Source of the DNA: an uncultured delta proteobacterium
Lineage (GTDB): Bacteria > Myxococcota_A > Polyangia > Polyangiales > JAFGIB01
Length of the DNA stretch: 64,000 nucleotides
Reading direction: 5' to 3'
NCBI GenBank assembly: GCA_963778655.1
Contig: CAVZVA010000005.1
Location: forward strand, 352,001-416,000
The translations under genes and the position numbers were made by a program. Positions 53,676-61,096 of this stretch are shown in pieces (the stretch's first letter is position 1; each line of letters starts with the position of its first letter). The notes beneath the pieces are model-generated. The model made no database searches. It was given only the letters and a program-made list of their open reading frames with translations, and was not told the DNA's origin.

Positions 53676-54779
53676 CTAGCGCGCGTGCGGGCTGCCGTGG
53701 CGCATCATCGCCTCGAGCTCGTCGGGTTCCTGGGAGCGCGCCAGTGCCTCGTCGCTCGTGATCAGCCGGCGCGCGCACAGGTTGAACAGCGACTGGTTCA
53801 TCGTCTGCATCCCGCTGGTGGCCTGGCCGGTCTGCATCGCGGAGTAGATCTGGTGCACCTTGTCCTCGCGGATCAGATTGCGGATGGCTGCGTTGGGAAT
53901 CATCACCTCGAGCGCCAAACTGCGTCCCGGCCCGTCGGCGTTCGGCACCAGGGTCTGCGTCATCACGCCCTGCAGCACGAATGAAAGTTGGGCGCGGATC
54001 TGCGACTGGTGGTGCGAGGGGAAGGCGTCGATGATGCGGTTGATCGACTGCACCGCGCTGTTGGTGTGCAGCGTGCCGAGCACGAGGTGGCCGGTTTCCG
54101 AGATGGTCAGCGCCGCCTCGATCGTCTCGAGATCGCGCAGCTCGCCGATCAGCACCACGTCCGGATCCTGCCTCAGGGCGTAGCGCAGAGCGTCCTTGAA
54201 GCTCGCGGTGTCGGTGCCGACCTCGCGCTGGTTGACCACCGAGAGCTTGTTGGGGTGCAGAAACTCGATCGGGTCTTCGATGGTCAGGATGTGAAAGCGG
54301 CGCTCGGCGTTGATCTTGTCGATCATCGAGGCGAGCGTGGTGCTCTTGCCCGAGCCTGTCGGCCCGGTGACCAGCACCAGGCCCGAGGGCAAGTCGGCCA
54401 GGTGCGCCACCACCGACGGCAGCCCCAGCTCGTCGAAGCCCAGGATGCGGAACGGGATCTGCCGGAACACGCCGGCCACCGCGCCGCGTTGCACGAACAG
54501 GTTGGCGCGGAAGCGGGCCAGGCCCTTGACGCCGAACGAGAGGTCGATCTCGTTCTTGCGCTCGAAGGCGATCTTCTGCTCCTCGCTGAGCACCGAGTAG
54601 CACAGGTGCTTGGTGTCGACCGGGCTCAGCGGCGCGGTCTTGAGCGGCAGCAGGGTGCCGTCGATGCGCAACTGGGGCGGGGTGCCGGTCGTGATGTGCA
54701 GATCCGAGGCGCCCTTTTCCACGACCGCGCGCAGAAGCTGGTGAAGGTTGAGCTGAAGCGGCTGGCTCGGCGCGTTCAT
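53676..54779 (-). CDS. pilT: Type IV pilus retraction ATPase
   Basis: ASDLH, GPTGSGKSTT, TIEDPIE, ALRQDPD, ETGHLV, AIRNLIRE, GMQT. Confidence 0.97.
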   Translation of the reverse strand: MNAPSQPLQLNLHQLLRAVVEKGASDLHITTGTPPQLRIDGTLLPLKTAPLSPVDTKHLCYSVLSEEQKIAFERKNEIDLSFGVKGLARFRANLFVQRGAVAGVFRQIPFRILGFDELGLPSVVAHLADLPSGLVLVTGPTGSGKSTTLASMIDKINAERRFHILTIEDPIEFLHPNKLSVVNQREVGTDTASFKDALRYALRQDPDVVLIGELRDLETIEAALTISETGHLVLGTLHTNSAVQSINRIIDAFPSHHQSQIRAQLSFVLQGVMTQTLVPNADGPGRSLALEVMIPNAAIRNLIREDKVHQIYSAMQTGQATSGMQTMNQSLFNLCARRLITSDEALARSQEPDELEAMMRHGSPHAR

Positions 54780-54874
54780 TTTCGGGAGCGGCGCACGCCG
54801 CTGCAGCCCATAAGGGTACGCAGCCGCAACCAGCTTCGCTAGTACAAGCTCTCATCCGGAGCTGGGCGGGTCCA

Positions 54875-54948
54875 GATTCAACAGCAAGACGGGAAGGCGG
54901 GACGAGCCAAAAACCGTCTGGGCTTCCGTCTCCCGGCCTTCCTGTGGA
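54875..54948. repeat. Palindromic REP-like element, copy 7
   Basis: gattcaacagcaagacgggaaggcggg...cttccgtctcccggccttcctgtgga. Confidence 0.85.
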
Positions 54949-54997
54949 GACCTTTTGACTCCCTCTGCGCGCGTTTCTCGCGTCCGAGAGGCCGCGC

Positions 54998-56530
54998 TCA
55001 GATTTCCACCTTTGTCCACAGGCGCCTACGCATCCACTCGTGGGAGCGATCGGAGCGCCGCACGATGTGCGCAGCCGAGGCGGCGGCCAGTAACTCGCCC
55101 TCCAGGCCGAGTCCCGGGGCGACCTGCTGGTTGCACAGCAGCAGCCCGCGCAGGGGCGTCTTGACCGGCATCGCGCACACGCTCAGCGCGGTGGTGACCG
55201 GAAACGCGTGCACGATCGGCATGGTCTGCGGCCCGCGGCGCTCGAGCGGCGCCAGGCTGAGGTCCGTGGCTTGGTCGCGCGCCCAGGGCTTGCGCCCGTC
55301 GTGCGGCGAGTCTACCGCGATCAGGTGATCCTCGATGAAGGGCACCAGCTCGGCCAGCGCGGCGAGCACGCGCTCGCGCACGTCCTCGAGTGAGCCGTCG
55401 CGCTCTTCCACGCTGCGCGCCGGCAGCATGGCCTCGACGCACAGCAGTGTCTGCTCCGGGCCGAGGCTCGAGCGCTCCACGTGCAGCAGGTTCTGCGAGC
55501 ACAGCGGCTCGCTCAGGTCGGCCACGCCGAACACGTCGCGCTGCATGCCCTCGGGCACGCCCGCGCTGTCGATCACCACGTTGAGGGTGTAACGGTAGAA
55601 GCGCGGCTGCGGCTCGCCCAGCCGTTCGAACAGCTGCTCGAACGGGCCGCGATCGCTGAGCAGGCGTTGCAGCGAGGCGACGTCGACGCCTGCGATCACG
55701 GCGCCGGTGCCGATCTCCTCGTCGGATCCGAACAAGCGCACGCCGTGCACGGCGGAGCGCCGCACCAGGATCTGGCTCGCACGCTCGGACGGACGCAGCT
55801 GTCCGCTGTGCGCGCGGATCTTGTCCGCGAAGAGATCGCACAGCGCGGCCAGCCCCCCGTCCAGCCTGGTCGAGTCGCAGGCGGCGTTGCGGTACAGGCG
55901 GGCGAGCTGCAGCGTCGTGATCGAGCGCACATCCGAGTGCGCGGCGAAGGCGAGCGGTCCCAGGACCCCGGCGCGGTACGGGTGGGAGTCGGCCAGCTCC
56001 CCGAGCAGCTTGTCGCCGGCGAGCTCGCGCTCCAGGTCGAGCCTGGCCGCGAGCCGGGCGACCTCGCGGCGATCGAGCAACGATTCCGGCGGCCAGGCCA
56101 TCGGACGCTCGAACAACGCGTCGGTCGCCTGGGCGCGCTCGCGCGCGCGCCTGTGGAAGTCGAGGATGGGACGCTTGACCTCGGGAAACTCGCGCTCGAT
56201 CTCGCGGTCGAGCGCGGCCTCGTCGGCGGTCGCGTCCAGGCGGTGGCCGGGCAGTGCGAGCTGGAACGCGGGCTCGAGCGGCTGGGCGAGGCGTCGCAAG
56301 CTGAGGCCCAGGCCGAGCTCGCCGAAGATGCGCCGCGCCAGCGGTGCGTGCGCACCGGTCAAGGTGAAGGGGCGCCGCGGCAGCCGGTACGGCCCCAGCG
56401 CGTAGTCGGCCTGCTCGGTCTGCTGGCCGAGCACGGCCACGCGGAAGCCGCGCTTGGCCAGCAGCGCGGCGCAGGCCAGCGGCGCGAGATCGGTCCCCAG
56501 GACGATGACGTCGTAATAGCTCGAGCTCAC
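54998..56530 (-). CDS. Phytoene-desaturase-like / FAD-oxidoreductase-fold protein with a degenerate dinucleotide motif
   Basis: YDVIVLGTDLAPLACAALLAKRG, GG..AL, TPLRGLLLC...PGLG.EG; start placed at GTG 56530. Confidence 0.75.
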   Translation of the reverse strand: MSSSYYDVIVLGTDLAPLACAALLAKRGFRVAVLGQQTEQADYALGPYRLPRRPFTLTGAHAPLARRIFGELGLGLSLRRLAQPLEPAFQLALPGHRLDATADEAALDREIEREFPEVKRPILDFHRRARERAQATDALFERPMAWPPESLLDRREVARLAARLDLERELAGDKLLGELADSHPYRAGVLGPLAFAAHSDVRSITTLQLARLYRNAACDSTRLDGGLAALCDLFADKIRAHSGQLRPSERASQILVRRSAVHGVRLFGSDEEIGTGAVIAGVDVASLQRLLSDRGPFEQLFERLGEPQPRFYRYTLNVVIDSAGVPEGMQRDVFGVADLSEPLCSQNLLHVERSSLGPEQTLLCVEAMLPARSVEERDGSLEDVRERVLAALAELVPFIEDHLIAVDSPHDGRKPWARDQATDLSLAPLERRGPQTMPIVHAFPVTTALSVCAMPVKTPLRGLLLCNQQVAPGLGLEGELLAAASAAHIVRRSDRSHEWMRRRLWTKVEI

Positions 56531-56619
56531 GGGCGCGTGGGGGTCAGCATAGCAACCCTCGTCGCAGGTGGAAGTCGCCACGCTCGGCCTGGCCGCGAGC
56601 GCGCGGCCGTGGTCAGAGT

Positions 56620-56790
56620 GCTGGAGTGCATTTCATAAACCGCTCAACGCCCCCTTTCGGGCGGGACGAGCCCGGCGGCTGCGTTGCGCGACCTTGAAAT
56701 ACACCGAGTATTCCAGCGGTCGCGCGCCTTGCCGGCGGACCCGTCGCGCTCCGAAATCGAGCATTTCGGATTTATGAAATGCACTCTAGC
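56620..56790. mobile_element. MITE-like element with 20-bp terminal inverted repeats (one mismatch)
   Basis: gctggagtgcatttcataaa ... tttatgaaatgcactctagc; internal hairpins; non-coding. Confidence 0.7.
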
Positions 56791-56852
56791 GAGGCGCGCC
56801 TCGGACCCACGAGATACGCTGGTCTGCTCGCGTCAAGACCGGCTCTTAGGAG

Positions 56853-56927
56853 GATTCAACAGGAAGACGGGAAGGCGAGAAGAACAAAACACTCGGGACT
56901 TCCCGTCTTCCCGCCTTCCCGTGGATC
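56853..56927. repeat. Palindromic REP-like element, copy 8
   Basis: gattcaacaggaagacgggaaggcgagaag...cttcccgtcttcccgccttcccgtggatc. Confidence 0.9.
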
Positions 56928-56967
56928 TCTTGGTCCCGGGCGGCTGCATTTCTGGACGAGAGCTAGA

Positions 56968-58002
56968 CTAGAGCAGCTGTACCCGCTCGGCCGCGCTGCC
57001 GACGTCGATCACCTCGCCTACGACCTGCGCGCGCTCCCCCGCGCGCTCGAAGGCGGCGCGCAGCGGTTCGGCGCGCTCGGCCGCGACCACCGCGACGAAA
57101 CCCAAGCCCAGGTTGAAGGTGGCGGCCATCTCGGCTGGCTCCACCGCGCCGCGCTCGGCGATCAGATCGAAAATGGCGGGCCGCGTCCAGCGTTGCAGGT
57201 GCAGCCGCGCGCCCAGGCCCTCGGGCAGCACGCGTGGCAAGTTGCCGGGCAGCCCGCCGCCGGTCACGTGGCAGTAGGCCTTGACCCCGCCCTCGCGCAG
57301 CGCGGCGAGCGCGGCCTTGCAGTACATGCGTGTGGGCCGCAGCAATGCCTCGCCCAGCGACTCGCCTAGCGCCTCGAGGTGTTGGTCCAGGCGCAAGCCG
57401 GCGTGCTCGAGCAGCACCGCGCGCGCCAGCGAATAGCCGTTGGAGTGCAGCCCGTCCGAGGCCAGGCCGATCACGGCGTCGCCCGCGCGCACATCGGCGC
57501 GCGGCAGCAGCTCGGCGCGCTCGGCCACCCCGACCACGAAGCCCGCCAGATCGTATTCGCCCGGCAGGTACATGCCGGGCAGCTCCGCGGTCTCGCCGCC
57601 CAGCAGCGCGCAGCCGGCGCGTCGGCAGCCTTCGGCGATGCCCTCGAGCACGCGCGTGGCGCGCTCGACGTCGAGCTTGGCGGTGGCGAAGTAGTCCAGG
57701 AAGAACAACGGACGCGCGCCGGTCGTGACCACGTCGTTCGCGGACATCGCCACCAGATCGATGCCGACCGTGTCGTGGCGGTCGGCGGCGAAAGCGATCT
57801 TGAGCTTGGTGCCCACGCCGTCGGTGCCGGAGACGATCACCGGATCGCGCAGGCCCGAAGGCAGCGCGCACAGGCCGGCGAACCCGCCCACCGACGCCAG
57901 CACCTCCGGGATCGCGGTCTGCTTGGCCAGCGGCTTGATGCGGTCGACCAAACGGTCGCCTGCTTCGATATCGACGCCTGCGCCGCGGTAGGTCAACCCC
58001 AT
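56968..58002 (-). CDS. purM: Phosphoribosylformylglycinamidine cyclo-ligase (AIR synthase)
   Basis: TY..AGVDI, GGFAG, TDGVGTKL, LDY, GGETAE.PG, HSNGYSL, HVTGGG, TFNLG. Confidence 0.98.
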   Translation of the reverse strand: MGLTYRGAGVDIEAGDRLVDRIKPLAKQTAIPEVLASVGGFAGLCALPSGLRDPVIVSGTDGVGTKLKIAFAADRHDTVGIDLVAMSANDVVTTGARPLFFLDYFATAKLDVERATRVLEGIAEGCRRAGCALLGGETAELPGMYLPGEYDLAGFVVGVAERAELLPRADVRAGDAVIGLASDGLHSNGYSLARAVLLEHAGLRLDQHLEALGESLGEALLRPTRMYCKAALAALREGGVKAYCHVTGGGLPGNLPRVLPEGLGARLHLQRWTRPAIFDLIAERGAVEPAEMAATFNLGLGFVAVVAAERAEPLRAAFERAGERAQVVGEVIDVGSAAERVQLL

Positions 58003-58073
58003 GATGCGGCGCACGCTATCGGATGCTTCCTGCCCGGTCAACGCGACGCGCCTGCACGCGAGGGCGCTAGTGC

Positions 58074-58310
58074 TGGTGCATCGGGTGATAAATCCGTTCC
58101 GGATTTGCGACCGATGCCAACCAAATGACCGATCACGATTCGGGAACGGCCACGCCGATCGGTCATTTAGCGGCGCGGCGGATGCCGCACCACCGCGAGA
58201 GGGTGAATGCGCGAGGCTTTGGCTCGCGCACAGGGAGTCGGCGCGACTGCCTGACAATCAAAGGAGAAATCAGAGCTTGTGATTCGATCCCGAATCGCGA
58301 GCTCTGATTT
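58074..58310. ncRNA. Hairpin-dense intergenic element (candidate sRNA, leader or MITE)
   Basis: At least five stems, including aaatgaccgatc/gatcggtcattt and a 20-bp hairpin at 58267-58310. Confidence 0.45.
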
Positions 58311-58327
58311 AGTGCACCGCCGTCGTA

Positions 58328-59422
58328 CTAGTACGGGCTCTCCGACACGAAGCCTGCGCCTTTGGGTTGGGGCGCAGGCTTGGCCGGAGACGGGGCTCGT
58401 TGCACTGGGCGGGGGTGGTGTACGCGTACGTGTACGTGCCTCGGGCGTGCGGCGACGCGGATCTTGTCCAGGTGCACGTCCAGCGAGCGATCTTGGTCGA
58501 GGCTCAGCGTCACGTCGTGGCTGTGATAGCCCGACGCCTGTGCCAGCACGCGCATCCGGCTGCCCTTGGGCGCGTCGCCTTCGTAGGGATTGGCCACGCG
58601 CGCTCCGTCGATCAGCAGCTCGGCGTCGCTGGGGCTGGCGCTGACGCGCAGGTGCACCAGCGGTGTCGGCGGCGCGGCTGCGGGAGCTGGCGCAGCGGGC
58701 TCGGGTGCTGAGGGCTCAGGCACGGGCGGCTTTGCTTCAGGCGTGGCGCCGAGCTCTTGCGGCTGCGGCGCGGCGCTGGGTGCCGCAGGCGGAGCGGCAG
58801 CCGGCGCGGGCTTGGCATGCTCCAATGCGGGGGCAGGAGCGTGCGCCGGCTCGGGCGCGCGCGGCGCGCCCAGGCTGCTCATCAGGCCGAGCGCGCCGAG
58901 CAGCACGAATCCCGCGACCGCGCCTGCGGTCATCATCAGCGCGCGCTTCTTCTCCCTCGCTCCGGGCACCAGGCTGACATCGACCTCCGGTTCCGGCTCG
59001 GGCATCGCGGCGGGCAACGGGCTGAGCGGTGTGGGCACAGGGGACCGCGGCGCGCTGGGCGCGGCCGGCTCCCACGAAGGACGGAAGCTCGCCGCGAAGC
59101 GCTCCGCGTCGTCGACCGAGAGCGCGTCCTTGCGCGCACCCGCGTTGGGCTCGACGCGAGGCGCGGCGGTGGTGCCGGGCAGGGTGTCGTGCGCGCCGCC
59201 CGCAGCGGCGCCGCCGCCGGTACCGGCCCCATCGCCTGGCGCGGCCGCGCCGCTCGCTGCGCCGTCGCCGCCTGCGGGCGCCGTCGCCGTAACCGGCTGG
59301 CTCAACGATGCGTCGACCATGATGCTCGGCAGCGACCGCTGACTGGCTGCGCCGTCGCGTTCCGTACCGTGATCGCCTGCCGCCACCCCGGCTGCGCTTT
59401 CCTGCTCTGCCTTACTGGTCAC
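58328..59422 (-). CDS. Single-pass membrane PEGA-domain protein
   Basis: FAASFRPSWE motif, TM, Pro-rich linker, VSASPSDAELLIDG PEGA, tail GFVSESPY. Confidence 0.78.
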   Translation of the reverse strand: MTSKAEQESAAGVAAGDHGTERDGAASQRSLPSIMVDASLSQPVTATAPAGGDGAASGAAAPGDGAGTGGGAAAGGAHDTLPGTTAAPRVEPNAGARKDALSVDDAERFAASFRPSWEPAAPSAPRSPVPTPLSPLPAAMPEPEPEVDVSLVPGAREKKRALMMTAGAVAGFVLLGALGLMSSLGAPRAPEPAHAPAPALEHAKPAPAAAPPAAPSAAPQPQELGATPEAKPPVPEPSAPEPAAPAPAAAPPTPLVHLRVSASPSDAELLIDGARVANPYEGDAPKGSRMRVLAQASGYHSHDVTLSLDQDRSLDVHLDKIRVAARPRHVHVRVHHPRPVQRAPSPAKPAPQPKGAGFVSESPY

Positions 59423-59678
59423 GAGGTCACGTCGGGCGAACGCCCTGCAGTCGCTTTCGGCACAGGGCGCGGCGAGCGATTACCGCGTTTCCCAGGCTCC
59501 AGTCTGACCGACCCTACCATTGGGCGCAAAGCCGAAAAAGGGTCTGAAAAATGCGTGCGCACGCCGCGTCACGGCGCCCGCAACGCGTGCGCATGGCTGG
59601 CGTGAAAACCCGGGTTGTGTGGGGTACGACCCGGCCGTGCGCCACAAATCCGACAGCTGAGCCGCGGTTCGTTAGGCT

Positions 59679-61019
59679 GTGGACGTGAGTGCGACAGCGC
59701 CGGCACAGCGAAGGCGGCTCGTCGATCGGCGTCTGGCTCTGGCCATCAGCGGGCTGCTGCTGGCGCTGACCGCGACGGGCTGCGACGCGCCGCAGGCGAG
59801 CCCCGACGGCGTGCCGGTCGCCGAGCGCTGGCCGGCGCGCGGCGAAGTGTCCCCGACAAATGATCCTGCGGACGGGTCGGCCGCAGTCGACGCCTCGCAG
59901 CAGCCGGCCCGCGCGAGCCAGGCCTCGGCCGCGCGTGCCGGTGCGCGGCCGGCGACGCTGGAAGAGATCGCGATCTACGGCGCGGGCGATCGGGAGCGCG
60001 GCCGGCGTGGCGGCGGAGATGTACGCGCCGTGCTGCGCTTCGACGGATTCGCGGTGTATCGCCGCAGCGAGCTGCCGGCCGACGGTGCGCTGCCGCGGCG
60101 GCTGGTGCTCGACCTCGACGGGGTGCGCATCGGGTCCGGCGTGAAGAGCGCGCTCTCGGTGGGCGCGGGCGGGCTCGCGCGCGTGCGCGCGTTCGTGCTC
60201 GACCAGGATCGCGCGCGGGTGTCGTTCGACGTGGGCAACGACACGGCGTACCGGTTGTTCTTCCTCAGCGACCCGTACCGCGTGGTGATGGACTTTCGCG
60301 GGCAAGACGCGGCGCCGCAGCCGCATCGCGGCCTGCAGATCGTGCTCGACCCCGGACACGGCGGCGATCAACCGGGCGCCAAGGGTCCGGGCGGCCTGCG
60401 CGAGGCGTCGGTCGCGCTCGCGATCGCGCGTAAGGTGCGCCACGCGCTGCGACGCGAGCTGCCGGGGGCGCGGGTATTGATGACGCGCGCCGACAACCGC
60501 TTCGTGTCGCTGGAAGAGCGCGCCGCGATCGCCAACGCGGTGGACGCCGACCTGTTCGTGTCGATCCACTTGGACGCCTCGCCCTCGCCCACGGATCCCG
60601 GCGGCGTTTCCGCCTACGTGCTCGACACCACCGACGACAAGGCCGCGCTGAGCCTGGCCGCGCGCGAGAACGACACGCCCGAACAGGACGTGACCCAGCT
60701 GCAGCTGGTGCTGGCATCGCTCTACCGCAAGGACCAGGTGCAGCGCTCGCTCGCGCTCGCCAAGGACGTGCAGCGCGGCGCGCTGCGCGGCGGGCGCGGC
60801 GTGCTGCCGCAACTCAACGACCGCGGCGTGCAGCGCGCCCTGTTCTACGTGCTGGTGGGCGCGCGCATGCCGGCGGTGTTGCTGGAGGCCTCGTTCATCA
60901 CCCGCCCCGAAGAGGCCGCGGCGTTGGCCACCGACGGCTACCGCCAGGCGCTGGCGGACGGCATCGCCGAGGGCATCGTCCGCTATGTCGAGCACGACCA
61001 GGCCCAGGCCCGCCGCTGA
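59679..61019 (+). CDS. N-acetylmuramoyl-L-alanine amidase (Amidase_3) with AMIN-like domain, probable lipoprotein
   Basis: ATGC lipobox-like; RLVLDL, PYRVVMD; LDPGHGG, MTR, SIH, PAVLLE.SFI. Confidence 0.93.
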   Translation: MDVSATAPAQRRRLVDRRLALAISGLLLALTATGCDAPQASPDGVPVAERWPARGEVSPTNDPADGSAAVDASQQPARASQASAARAGARPATLEEIAIYGAGDRERGRRGGGDVRAVLRFDGFAVYRRSELPADGALPRRLVLDLDGVRIGSGVKSALSVGAGGLARVRAFVLDQDRARVSFDVGNDTAYRLFFLSDPYRVVMDFRGQDAAPQPHRGLQIVLDPGHGGDQPGAKGPGGLREASVALAIARKVRHALRRELPGARVLMTRADNRFVSLEERAAIANAVDADLFVSIHLDASPSPTDPGGVSAYVLDTTDDKAALSLAARENDTPEQDVTQLQLVLASLYRKDQVQRSLALAKDVQRGALRGGRGVLPQLNDRGVQRALFYVLVGARMPAVLLEASFITRPEEAAALATDGYRQALADGIAEGIVRYVEHDQAQARR

Positions 61020-61096
61020 GCGAGCGCGGAGCGGCCAGAGGGGGTCCCCTCCCTGCGCTTGCTGGTCGGGTTTGCCGCCCTCATAATGCGCGCCGC

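Noticed and set aside
56779..57369. ORFs containing RKTGRREE, QQEDGK or FPSSRLPV peptides
   Set aside because: These are translations of the palindromic repeat, not a protein family.
58231..58241. 11-nt match cagggagtcgg shared with 29581-29591
   Set aside because: Too short to exceed chance in GC-rich DNA, and the flanks differ.
61038..61051. Terminator-like gagggg/cccctc after the amidase
   Set aside because: The loop is only 2 nt and there is no U-tract.
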